Counted from the stretch's first letter, positions 1-9,400 are shown. The stretch: 40,835 nt of DNA from Candidatus Xenobia bacterium (GCA_045863235.1 BTUM01000072.1:1-40835), one strand, 5' to 3'. Made by a program: numbers and translations. The notes: a model not told the origin generated them from the letters alone.

Positions 1-176
1 CCTGGGAGCCGAGTTGGCCGGCGGCTGGTTGGGCCTGGGGGCCGAGTTGGCCGGCGGCTGGTTGGGCCTGGGGGCCGAGTTGGCCGGCGGCTGGTTGGGC
101 CTGGGAGCCGAGTTGGCCGGCGGCTGGTTGGGCCGGGGAGCGGAGTTGGCCGGCGGCTGGTTGGGCCTGGGGGCCC
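1..176. repeat. 33-bp coding tandem repeat, at least 5 copies
   Basis: Unit cctgggagccgagttggccggcggctggttggg at 1, 34, 67, 100, 133 (few substitutions), partial at 166. Confidence 0.95.
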
Positions 177-603
177 AATTGGCCAGAGCCGCGGTTTCCC
201 GGGGCATCTCGTGGGTGTGCGGGCAGGAATGCCCGGTGTTCTGGGTCCCGCTGAAGGCAAAGGCGAAGGAGAAGGCGGCAGCCGTTGGGTTGCCGTTCGC
301 GCCTCCCCCGGCGGAGGGCGGGCCGCCAGCCGAGGGAGAGTCCTGACCCTGGTTCAGAGACTGCAACAGTGAGGAGAAGGGATGACCGCCGGCGCACTCG
401 CCTCCTCCGGCGTGCTGGCCGCCCTGAACTGCCTGCAGAAGCCGGGCGATCAGCTCCAAAGCTGCCAGCATCTTGAGAATCTGGGCCGCCGGGGGAGCCC
501 CGTGAGCGGGCCCGGCCTGGCACTGGTGAGCAGGGGTTGGCGAACCGCTGGTGGCGGCCACGGCCAGAAAGATGGGCTGATGATTGTGCGCGATCTGGTT
601 CAT
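1..603 (-). CDS. Low-complexity hypothetical protein with 11-aa tandem repeats (PRPNQPPANSA); 3' end lies outside the window
   Basis: ATG at 603 preceded by GGAGGA; I translated the frame (MNQIAHNHQPIFLAVAATSG...ILKMLAALELIARLLQAVQ...) with no stop to the window edge. Absent from the ORF track because it has no stop codon in the window. Confidence 0.75.
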   Translation of the reverse strand, partial: MNQIAHNHQPIFLAVAATSGSPTPAHQCQAGPAHGAPPAAQILKMLAALELIARLLQAVQGGQHAGGGECAGGHPFSSLLQSLNQGQDSPSAGGPPSAGGGANGNPTAAAFSFAFAFSGTQNTGHSCPHTHEMPRETAALANWAPRPNQPPANSAPRPNQPPANSAPRPNQPPANSAPRPNQPPANSAPRPNQPPANSAPR

Positions 604-717
604 CGGATTCCTCCAGGAAGCGTTTTTTCTACTCTAGCCAGCTGGCGCTGTCGGGCTGCTGTCTTGACCCACCATGTTGTTTCCAGAGAATGAACAATGC
701 GTGAACAGCCTGTTTAC

Positions 718-757
718 AAAAAGGGGCCGGACCCGGCCAGACGCCGGACCCGGCCCT
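718..757 (-). terminator. Intrinsic terminator of the 774-1568 gene
   Basis: Minus-strand GGGCCGGGUCCGGC-GUCUG-GCCGGGUCCGGCCC-C-UUUUU: 14-bp stem with tandem G-U pairs, then a U run. Confidence 0.8.
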
Positions 758-773
758 GAACGGCCCGCTCTGA

Positions 774-1568
774 TCAGGAGGCGATGGCCAGGGCTATCGG
801 ATTCACCCCCGCGCCCAGCCCGGGGACCTTCTGGGCTGGCCCTGCCTGGAAGGGATTGGCTCCCTGCGGACCGCCGGCCGGCTGACCGCCCCCGATGCCC
901 AGGGCGGCCTGCACCAGCATGTGGGTCTCGGGCTTGATCTGCTGCCCGGTCTGCGGATTGGCCACGGCCTGGAGGTACTTACGGGCCAGGTTGGCGCGCG
1001 CGTCCCCTCCTTCCGTCTTGCCGGCCTTCTTGGGGCAGCCCGCCGCCTGAGGAGCGCCCGGCTGGCCCTGCTGCCCCTGCATCAACACCTGGGCCGCCTC
1101 GCTCAAGAGCTGGGCGTTGATATCCTGAGGCTGGCCCTGTCCCTGACCCGGCTCCTGACTGGCTCCGGCCTGAGGCGCCGGGGTTGCGCCCTTCTGACAG
1201 CCCCCGCCGGACTCGCCTGCGCCCTTCTCAGCCCCGCCACCGCTCTTCTCGCCGGGCTTGTCCATCTCGGAGAGCTGCTTCTTCAGCTCCTCCACCTCCT
1301 TGCGAATCCCCTTGAGACCCTTGTCCTTTCCCTCGCCGGGCTTCTCGCCCTTACGGCCGGCGCCCGGCTTGTCGCCCTCGCGGGCCTCCTCGCTCAGGTT
1401 GGCACGGTCTTTCGGAGAGGCCCCTTTACCCTCGCCGGGCTTGCCTGCCTGCTCGGACTTGCCATTGGCTGTTGGGGCTGCGCCGGCGCCGGGTTTGGCG
1501 TTCTGCTCGGGCTTACTGGTCCGAGAGGTTGCCGGGGCTGCATTTGCACCAATCTTGCCTGCTGCCAT
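774..1568 (-). CDS. Low-complexity G/K/Q/A-rich hypothetical protein
   Basis: ORF track 774..1598; AAGGAG RBS favours ATG 1568 (MAAGKIG...); short coiled coil; terminator downstream. Confidence 0.75.
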   Translation of the reverse strand: MAAGKIGANAAPATSRTSKPEQNAKPGAGAAPTANGKSEQAGKPGEGKGASPKDRANLSEEAREGDKPGAGRKGEKPGEGKDKGLKGIRKEVEELKKQLSEMDKPGEKSGGGAEKGAGESGGGCQKGATPAPQAGASQEPGQGQGQPQDINAQLLSEAAQVLMQGQQGQPGAPQAAGCPKKAGKTEGGDARANLARKYLQAVANPQTGQQIKPETHMLVQAALGIGGGQPAGGPQGANPFQAGPAQKVPGLGAGVNPIALAIAS

Positions 1569-1949
1569 GGGAAAGGCTCCTTTCGTTTCGGCCATCATGG
1601 CCGCTCTTGACGTCAGGGTATCCCGGGGCAGTTGTCGGCTTGTTGTGCCAGGTTACCGGTTTGTGAACGAATTGGTCTTGTGGCGGTAACAAATCAAGCT
1701 GTGACGACCTGCTTGAGGGGTACGGCGTGGTTCGGCTGACCGCCTGCCGACCATCACACGCGCTTCGCTGTTGTCGTGAATCATGGTCCTTCGTCCCTCC
1801 CGAACTCTAGTCGTTTTTTCACGCATGCTGTTTTTTTTTCGCGGAGGGACTCAAACCCCTTTCGAATCAGCATTCGTCAGGTTTAGCCTGACAGAATTTT
1901 GTTCAAGTTGGAACACTTCTTGGGCAGGTGCTCCTCGAAAGGGCCTCTG

Positions 1950-2813
1950 TTATGCGAGTTCTTTCTGAGCTTCTACCTTTGGTCGGACGGCTTCGACCTG
2001 CTTCCGATCTTCAGGGGAAACGTTTCGAAGCCTTACCACGACACGCACCTTCCGCGAACCGTCTGAGATTACTCCTACTTTCTTTATGGTTGCATCCGTC
2101 TCTTTACTTAGATACTCATGAAGGACGCCAGCGTACAGGGCTGGGAGATAACCGATAACCTCGTCCGAAGCTACAACCTGAACGGCGTTAGGGTCATACT
2201 TGCACGTAGGTTCAGGAATGAGTTTGACCTTCGCCCCTATACCAACAGTGCCGACCTTAAGAGCTTTCTCTCCCTGGTGGTACTTCCAACCTGCGATTTT
2301 GAAGTCTAGTTGGAACAGCTTCTTCTCCTCAGCAGGGGCCTGTTTTGTGACGAGCGCAGCAAAGGGCATGTCCAACCCCTTCGCGAGCTTCTGGATCGTC
2401 TCATAGTTCGGTGATTGGCTTCCCTTCTCGATTCGATGGATCGTAACGCGGCCAACCCCGCTCTTCTTCTCCAGGCTGACCTGTGAAAGACCCTTACATT
2501 CCCTGAGCGCCTTCAGTCTCTCCCCGAAGATGCGCTGGCTTTCCTGGAGAACGGCTTCCTCTTCCTCTTTGAACTTCTTGTCTTCAGCGAAGTGTCGAGC
2601 GAAGTCCCATGGGATCCCAGCTTCTCCTTCGTCTGTGTCCAGAATGATGGAGTGCTGGTCCTCGTGTAAGATCTTGAAGACTTTCTTGATTGGCTTTCCC
2701 GAGTCAGCTCTTAGCTTGGAGTAAGGGATCTTAGCCTCTGCTCCATCCTGGAAGAGGACGATCAGGGTGGATCCGTTCGGGGTAGCCTTCTGAATTTGTC
2801 GATTCTTAGCCAT
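1950..2813 (-). CDS. Three-domain protein: DUF2442-like N-terminus, XRE/Cro-C1 HTH, C-terminal HIRAN domain; putative antitoxin/regulator
   Basis: HTH: FGERLKALRECKGLSQVSLEKKSGVGRVTIHRIEKGSQSPNYETIQKLAKGL. HIRAN: FKIAGWKYH...VKLIPEPTCKYDPNAVQV...IGYLP. N-terminal TLIVLFQDG...IP resembles DUF2442. ATG 2813 overlaps the upstream stop (ATGGCTAA). Confidence 0.8.
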   Translation of the reverse strand: MAKNRQIQKATPNGSTLIVLFQDGAEAKIPYSKLRADSGKPIKKVFKILHEDQHSIILDTDEGEAGIPWDFARHFAEDKKFKEEEEAVLQESQRIFGERLKALRECKGLSQVSLEKKSGVGRVTIHRIEKGSQSPNYETIQKLAKGLDMPFAALVTKQAPAEEKKLFQLDFKIAGWKYHQGEKALKVGTVGIGAKVKLIPEPTCKYDPNAVQVVASDEVIGYLPALYAGVLHEYLSKETDATIKKVGVISDGSRKVRVVVRLRNVSPEDRKQVEAVRPKVEAQKELA

Positions 2814-3037
2814 GAAACTCATTCCACTTCTGCCAACAGGCTTCCGCATTTGGTGCGTAGGCCTCCAGCATCTTCCCCGCCTTCTTCTTGGGGGTATCCT
2901 CTTCCGAGAGGAAGTCACCCGTCTCCAGGTCGATCCTGTAGTCTCCCCCGTCATACAGACAGTGAACATGGGGAGGAGGGTGATCATTCGGCCAATACGT
3001 GAAACACGTATGGGCCCTCTTCGCACACCTTCGCCAT
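2806..3037 (-). pseudogene. DUF4160-like small protein (putative toxin), one extra base near 3001-3004
   Basis: ATG 3037 behind a G-rich RBS gives MAKVCEEGPYVF; the motif TYWPNDHPPPHVHC...IDL...CWQKWNEFHG* continues in the next frame. Span is 232 nt (3n+1); no in-frame start for the downstream frame. Confidence 0.75.
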
Positions 3038-3052
3038 ATTTGCCCCCCCTGT

Positions 3053-3082
3053 ATCGTAGGCGATACTTGCCCGTTTCGTCAA
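3053..3082 (-). promoter_or_regulatory. Sigma70-type promoter of the DUF4160-like/HIRAN operon
   Basis: TTGACG-18 nt-TACGAT, ending 15 nt upstream of ATG 3037. Confidence 0.6.
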
Positions 3083-3477
3083 ATGCACTGATGCCCTGTC
3101 TCCTCAGGAGTCAGGAACGATTCTAGGGCATCCTGGAGGGCAAGCAGAGGGCAATTTCATATCTTCGCCTCGTCTATGAGGTTGCCGTGCCACGGAACCA
3201 AGCTCTCGTTGCAGACTGCCCGAACCGAACGCTACGCGTGCCTGTGGCGCCCTTATGGCAAAGGACGCAGGGTTGTGCCTACTTGCCGCCCCTGAACCAG
3301 ATGGAGATCATGTAGTCCCTTGTCCCCCAGCACCGAAACCCTCCGATCTTCGGAAACCCTGACAGGGTAACGCTTCTGTGCATTCTGGTCTGTGATAGTT
3401 TTGTGATAGTAGCTTTACGCCCCGATCGGCGGTTTTTCGCGATTTTTGGGGGACTAAGTGTAGATCTCTACGCAAAT

Positions 3478-3502
3478 AAAAACCCCGCCGAAGCGAGGTT
3501 TT
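3478..3502 (-). terminator. Terminator hairpin after the displaced tRNA-Ala 3' fragment
   Basis: AAAACCUCGC-UUCG-GCGGGGUUUUU. Confidence 0.75.
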
Positions 3503-3503
3503 C

Positions 3504-3550
3504 TTGGTGGAGCCGCACGGATTCGAACCGAGGACCTCCTCCGTGCAAGG
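3504..3550. repeat. att core, left copy: 3' half of tRNA-Ala from the anticodon loop to CCA
   Basis: 47 bp identical to 18331-18377 (ttggtggagccgcacggattcgaaccgaggacctcctccgtgcaagg). Confidence 0.95.
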
Positions 3551-3943
3551 AAGATTCTTGGAGTGGCTTGAGGACTAGAAAATTGGCTGTTTTTGGCGTA
3601 ACAGCGCGCCCGATTGCAAACTGAAACGAGGACCGCGTTAGGCCAAGAACGGCCAGCTTTCCCCATCGACATCGGGCGAAAATCGGGCGGTTTCTGTAGA
3701 GGAAATTCCATCGCGAGATGCCGCCCATGGCTTGACAAATTCTCAAACTATGCCCCATGATAGAGGGTAGCATGGAAGCGGGAAACGAAGGGATGACCGA
3801 GGCTCAACGAGCCTGGCCATCCGCACAAGACCGAACTTGTTTTCGTGGTAGAGATGCTTCGGCGGGCACGCACGGGGATCCTCTCAAGAATTTCAAGTCC
3901 GGGGGTGGAACGCGGCCATGACTCCCAATTTGGTGAGGTAAAG

Positions 3944-4192
3944 ATGCCCCAAAAAAAAGGACCAAACCATATCCACGTCGTTCCAGACCCGGATGGCGGC
4001 TGGAACGCCGTTCGTGCCCACGCCGAGCGGGCGAGCCGGCACTTCGAGACGCAGGCCGAGACTGCCGAATGGGCGCGGGGCGCTCTAGGGCGCTCGGGCG
4101 GCGGTGAACTGCTGATCCACGGCGAGAACGGCCAGATCCGTCAGCGCGATACCGTTCCACCCGGGCACGACCCGCGCAGCATCCCCGGGTAA
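3944..4192 (+). CDS. DUF2188-family small protein
   Basis: HVVPDPDGGW...RAS.HFETQAE..E.AR...GELLIHGENGQIR.RDT..GHDPR..PG pattern; GAGGT RBS before ATG 3944. Confidence 0.85.
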   Translation: MPQKKGPNHIHVVPDPDGGWNAVRAHAERASRHFETQAETAEWARGALGRSGGGELLIHGENGQIRQRDTVPPGHDPRSIPG

Positions 4193-4261
4193 CCACCAGA
4201 CCACGGCCGAAGCCGGGAGCGTGCCCTCGGCGTCGGCCGTCACCACGAAAGGAGCAAAACT

Positions 4262-4552
4262 TTGACAACAAATGATACCTTCGACGAGCTGGCCGGGCGC
4301 ATAAAAGAGCTCATCGACGATTGCGACTTGGCGGTTACCAACAGGACCGGCGGCGCGCTTCCTGAGCTTGCTGGCTTCTACAACGATTTCTTGAGCCGGG
4401 CGCAAAGCATCTGCTCGGCGGTCGCTCGGGACTCACTTTTGAAGGAGTTTGCCGCAGAGGCTCTTACCGGCGATCTGGCCGATCACGTCCAGGCGCTAAG
4501 GGCCCGAGCGAATCAGTTGCTGACGGTCCTGTACCGCCACACTCCCTATTGA
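4262..4552 (+). CDS. Hypothetical helical protein, 96 aa
   Basis: AAAGGAG RBS before a TTG start; strong terminator follows. Confidence 0.7.
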   Translation: MTTNDTFDELAGRIKELIDDCDLAVTNRTGGALPELAGFYNDFLSRAQSICSAVARDSLLKEFAAEALTGDLADHVQALRARANQLLTVLYRHTPY

Positions 4553-4570
4553 GTGAGGGAAGCCCCTCGG

Positions 4571-4599
4571 GCCCCCCGGCCTTACCGGGGGGCTTTTTT
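4571..4599 (+). terminator. Intrinsic terminator
   Basis: GCCCCCCGG-CCTTA-CCGGGGGGC-TTTTTT. Confidence 0.85.
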
Positions 4600-4710
4600 G
4601 TTGACCATGTATGTTGAACCCGCGCAAACCATACCCAGCGCCTTCTGGCGACTCACGCAAGACCGGGCTAGAATCCGAGGGGTAACACCCCACGAAACGG
4701 AGGACCCCAA

Positions 4711-5292
4711 ATGGACGACCTGCGCGAAGAACTGGTCCAAGCTCTGGCAGGCATTGCCGCCGACAAGAAGCACCTGATCCGGCCAGGCTACTGTAAAGGC
4801 ATGAACCGCAGGACTGGAGAGCCATGCAAAAACCCCGCCAAAAAAGGCCTCGACTGTTGCGGCTTGCACAAAAAACAGGATCGGAAGTATCAGGCAAAAT
4901 ACCGCCAGGCCGAGCCCCGGAAGGCGCCTGCGCCTGCCCCAGTAGGCCCAGACGGGTTCACCCCGGCCGAGCGGAGGCGCTGGCTCACGATCCGGGCCCA
5001 GCTTTCCCCCATCGAACGCGCCCTGCTGGACGTGGCATGGGCTGCGGTCAGCCACTTCGACCCCCTGGGCCCCGTAACGGAGGCCTGGCTTGACGATGGC
5101 GAGGCCGGCCTTTCCCTCGCCGAGGGCTTTTGGGAGCAGCCCGAACCCGCCCGTCGCTGGAACCTCGCGGTGCTGGTGGGGCTGTGCTTTATCCCGGGCC
5201 CGGCAACCCAGGAGCGGCACCAGGAGCGGCACCAGCTGGCCCGCCAGTGGGCTGCGGCGGCGCTTGCCAGCCTCGCGGTGACCCGGCTATAG
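4711..5292 (+). CDS. Hypothetical protein with a C-x10-C-x10-C-x2-H putative zinc-binding motif (HGGxSTG/DUF5763-like)
   Basis: CKGMNRRTGEPCKNPAKKGLDCCGLH; GGAGG RBS. Confidence 0.7.
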   Translation: MDDLREELVQALAGIAADKKHLIRPGYCKGMNRRTGEPCKNPAKKGLDCCGLHKKQDRKYQAKYRQAEPRKAPAPAPVGPDGFTPAERRRWLTIRAQLSPIERALLDVAWAAVSHFDPLGPVTEAWLDDGEAGLSLAEGFWEQPEPARRWNLAVLVGLCFIPGPATQERHQERHQLARQWAAAALASLAVTRL

Positions 5293-5310
5293 CCCGACCA
5301 GAGGCGCCAA

Positions 5311-5335
5311 GACGGCCGGGAACTCCCCGGCCGTC
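5311..5335. terminator. Perfect hairpin between convergent genes
   Basis: GACGGCCGGG-AACTC-CCCGGCCGTC; no long U tract. Confidence 0.45.
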
Positions 5336-5336
5336 C

Positions 5337-5729
5337 TCATTTCCCGGCGTAAGCCTCCTGAAGTCCACGGGCCACGGCAGGCGCTACCATGCCCGGCACC
5401 TCGAGGCAGATGATGCTTTGCCCTCGCCCGAGGGCCGGCAGCTTGTAGGCGTCGAGAAAGGCCTGGATGCGGTCGCGTTGGGCATCATCGAGGGGGCCCC
5501 CGGGCTCGAAGTAGACCTGCACTTGGCGGCGGGGGAGCCTCGTAAGCCGGCAATAGCGCGGCCGAGCCGGGTCCTGGGCGCACCATGCCCAGAAACGGCG
5601 CAGAATCTCCTCTCGGCAGCCCGCAGAGAACCGCCACATTAGGAGGTAGCCGTCCCGCTTCGCGCTTTCGAGCAGGGCGATGTCCCCGGGGCCCGGCACG
5701 CCCCAGCCCGTGCGCAGCGAGGCGCTCAC
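5337..5729 (-). CDS. Hypothetical protein, 130 aa
   Basis: GTG 5729 overlaps the upstream TGA (GTGA coupling); in frame with ORF 5337..5825. Confidence 0.6.
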   Translation of the reverse strand: MSASLRTGWGVPGPGDIALLESAKRDGYLLMWRFSAGCREEILRRFWAWCAQDPARPRYCRLTRLPRRQVQVYFEPGGPLDDAQRDRIQAFLDAYKLPALGRGQSIICLEVPGMVAPAVARGLQEAYAGK

Positions 5730-6316
5730 GAGAGCACCGGCTCGGCGGCCTCGTCCAGGCCCAGGTCGGGAAGACCGGGCCCCGCGTTCAGCGCCGCGCT
5801 CAGCCCCGCCCGAAGCTCCCCACAAGCGATGTCACCCTCCGCCTCGGCTGTGAGACTGCTGACCCGCTTGTGGGCCGCGTCGACCAGCCCGGGAAAGGCA
5901 TCATACTGCCTGGCCCACAGGGCCTCTCGAGCCTCCTCTAGTAAAAGCCTCAGGTCACATTCCGCCCTGATAATGCGCTTCAGGAGCGCCCTCTGCCGCC
6001 ACCCGCTGGCCCCGGCCGTCAGCCGCGCACGGGTGTTGCCGAGCCCGTCCACATGGGCCTCAAGCTTTTCGACCAGGGCGGAATAAGGCTTTGCGGGGTC
6101 GGGCTCCATGAGCAGTTCGGGCAAAAACTCGTGGAAATCGGCCAGGAGGTGGGGGGCGTGGCGGGCCAGGAAGGCCTCGCCCCGGCGCTGGACCTCGCCC
6201 CGGAGCGCTTCGGGTTCAACGAACATGGCGAAGTCAACAGCTGTCTGGAGCGGGTCGAAACCAAGCTCGCGCAGGCGTTTGCCCAGTGCTATGGCCTCGT
6301 CAAGTCGATCAGTCAT
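5726..6316 (-). CDS. Hypothetical helical protein, 196 aa
   Basis: GAGGAGG RBS; protein-like composition. Confidence 0.75.
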   Translation of the reverse strand: MTDRLDEAIALGKRLRELGFDPLQTAVDFAMFVEPEALRGEVQRRGEAFLARHAPHLLADFHEFLPELLMEPDPAKPYSALVEKLEAHVDGLGNTRARLTAGASGWRQRALLKRIIRAECDLRLLLEEAREALWARQYDAFPGLVDAAHKRVSSLTAEAEGDIACGELRAGLSAALNAGPGLPDLGLDEAAEPVLS

Positions 6317-6463
6317 GTAGGGGTTCCTCCTCAGTTAGTCAGGGAAAAACGATAGCCACGCTGGCCGGGGCCCGGCTGGTGGCGGTTCTGTGGCGGGCTG
6401 AAAGGCGTGAAGGCGGCGGGCCAGGCCTGGACGTAGAGGCAGGGCTCGGGGTGGACGCGCAAG

Positions 6464-9400
6464 CTAGATGCTCCCTAGATTCCCACGCGGGCTCATGTTC
6501 GCGGCCGCGTCCTCAAACGAGGAGCCCCGGCCGTTGGCGGTGACCTCCCGTTTTTCCTCGCGGGCCATCAGCTTGCCGGTTTTCGGATCCACGCTTACCT
6601 GCACGCTCACGTCAACCTTGCTCTGAACCTGCACGGGAACCCGGGCGGCCCGGCTGGCAGCGGCAGCCAGGTCGGCTCCGCCCCCGAGGGCCGCGCCCTT
6701 CGAGGCCTTCGCCACCTCGCCCAGCCGCGAAGCCGATTCAAGCTGCGTCAGGCTTGTGTCGATACCAAAACTGCCCTGCCCGGCGCCGCGGTTGGCTTTC
6801 TTCTGTTGCTCGATGCGGGCCCGGGTGGCGCCGATGCCGAACTGCGCTGACTGGCCCTCGAGGAACTGCTCGAAGGTTTGGATCTCGCCCACGCCAGAAA
6901 GGCTTTCCTGTGCCTTCTGCTGGGCCTCAATCGCCTTCGTGGTTTCCTCGATGGTTTTGGTAGTCTCCTGGCGGGCGGCCTGAATTTCGGCCTGCACACG
7001 CTGCTCGATAAGCGCCTGCTGCTCGGCGCTCGAGGTAGCTGCCTTCTCGGCCTCGCCCCGGAGGCGGATTTCTTGCTCGGTCAGGGCCAGGCGCTCGAGC
7101 AGTTCCTGCTTGATCTGGCTGGCCACGTTCTTCCCCGCTTCAGCCTGCTCTTTCAGGGCCCGCAGATGCAAGTCCCGGATCTGCTTCGTCACGGCCAGTT
7201 CATCCTGGGCAACTTCTCGCTTTTGATCGGCTGTGGCCTGGATGAGGTCCTGCACTTCCTGCTCGCCCTGCTGCTCTAGACCCTGGACCTGCAGGCGGCC
7301 ATTCTCCACGGCCGCTGCCTTCGTGGCCGGATCCTGCGCCTCTTGAGCCGCGGCGTCGGCCTCCTTCTTGGCGGCTTGCACGGCCAGGGCGGTGCGTTCC
7401 TGAATGAGCTTCTTCTGCTGCTCAAACACGTCACGGCCCCGGGCGGCCTCTTTGTCCAGGCCCTCCAGGGCAACCCCGATCTGCTCCTGGCGCAGCTGGA
7501 GCTTTTCCTGCTCCATCTCGTTTTGCTCTTTGGCCCGGCGCAGGGTAGCGTCGTCAGCGGCCTTCCTGACCTCGGCCAGGCTATTCTCGCCCTTCTGCAG
7601 GATGGTCTGCACTTCGAGTTCGGCCTTCTCGCGAATCTGCGCCTGCAGGGCGGGATCAGCCTCGCCTTCGAGCTCTGCGTTTGCCCGGGCCCGCACCGCA
7701 TTCACCTCGAGCTGGGTGCGTCGCTGGATGGCGGCCTCCAACTGCTTCGCCACGTTCTTCCCTGCGGAAAGCTCTTTCTCTAGCGCTGTGATCTTTGCGT
7801 CCGCGAGCTTCTGGTTCGCGTCGAAAACCTGCTGCGTCCCGGCCAGCTCCTGCTTGCGCAGCTGCTCTTCCAGGCGCGCTATCTGGCTCTCGACCCGGCG
7901 GCGCTCGTCACCCTCCAGCCTATACTGTGCGGCCAGGGCCCCCAGCAGCTTGATTTTGTCCCGGATCGAGCGGTTGCTCAGCTCGATTTCGTGCAGTTCC
8001 TGGGACAGCGCTTCCTTGCGCTCTTTATCCGCGTCCAGGGCCTGTTGCGAGCCCGCCACGGCCGCGGAAGATGCGCTCTTCTGCGCGCCCTCCAGGCCGG
8101 CCAACTCCTTTTTCAGGCCCTGCGCATCCCGGATCTGAGCTTCGAGCTTACCCACCAGTGGCTCGTTCCCGGCCCGGCGAGCGGCCTCAAGCTGATCCTG
8201 CAGGCCCCCAATGACGTACACCAGGTCCTTTGAGGACTTGCCAGAGCGCTGCAGTTCGGCGGCGCTCTCCCGCAAGAGGTCGCCGTTTTCCCGGAGGGCC
8301 TTCGCCCGGCGCTCCTCAATCTCCAACAGGGCGCGGTCCGCGGCTTCCACGTCCTGCAGGATCTTCGTATACACCGCAAATGCCACGCCAGCGGCGATGG
8401 CGGCCGCGGCGATGGCAGCAAACCCTACCGTCAGCAAAGCTACCCCGGCCGACAGATCCACCGTGGCGACCGCCATGGCCACCTCAGCGGCCGCGAAGGC
8501 ATTCCCAGCCACCGCAGCCACGCCGGCCGCGCCACCCAACGCAGCGATACTGCTGGCCACGCTGGCCACGGCCGTAACCATACCGAGGGCGGCCGCCCCG
8601 AGCGCGAGCGTGCCCGCCGTCAATGTGGCTACCACAATCGTACCCGTTTTCACGGGCCCCGGCAGCGCATCAAACGCATCCACCATGCGCGTAGCAACCT
8701 GCACCAAGCCGGAGGCGGCCGGCAGGAACACGTTTCCGATGGTTACCCCGGCGCGCTCGAGCGCGGCGTTGAACTTGTCCAGGTTCGCCTGGAACGACTT
8801 CTGCTGCTGCGCCAGGGCCTTATCGGTGGCCCCGGCCGCGCTCTCCATGTTGCCCAGGATCCCGGCGAACCTTAGGCCGCCGTCCCCGGCCAGCCCGAGA
8901 GCCGCGTTCAGCCCGTTCACGTCGCCAAGAATCTGGCGCAGGGCAGTACTGTTCCCGCCAGTGGCCTTGATGACTTGATTCAGCGAGGCCACCAGACCCT
9001 GGTTCTTCAGGCTGGCCTGATTGATCTGCAGGCCGAACTTTTGCTGCATCTTGATCGCCTCGTTGGTGGGCGATCCCAGGGCTACGATGGCGGCTCGGAT
9101 GGAGGTAATCGCCTCGGGCGTCTTCACGCCCTTCTGGGTCAGAAGGGCAATGCTGGCGCCCAACTCCTCGAGCGACACCCCGTTCTGGGCAGCTATGGTA
9201 GCCACCGAACCGAAGCTCTGGGCCAGTTCCTCATAGGTGGTTTTGCCCTGGTCCACCGTGCGAAACAGGATGTCATTGACCCTCGCGGCGTCCGTAGCGC
9301 GCAGGCCATAGGCGGCCAGGCTGGACGTAAGCACATCGGCGGCCACCTTCGCGTCGGTCAGGCCGGCTTTCGCGCCCTTGATCGACTGGGCCAGGATCTC

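Noticed and set aside
1..176. 33-bp repeats as a CRISPR array
   Set aside because: Head-to-tail with no spacers, length a multiple of 3, and no cas genes
14..346. Plus-strand ORF with AGGWLGLGAEL repeats
   Set aside because: Shadow of the minus-strand gene, which has an RBS and a longer open frame
2814..3026. N-terminal extension of the 358-aa ORF in the track
   Set aside because: It overlaps the DUF4160-like gene in another frame; ATG 2813 with stop/start overlap is more plausible
3505..3550. Second tRNA-Ala gene
   Set aside because: Only the 3' half is present; it is the att duplication
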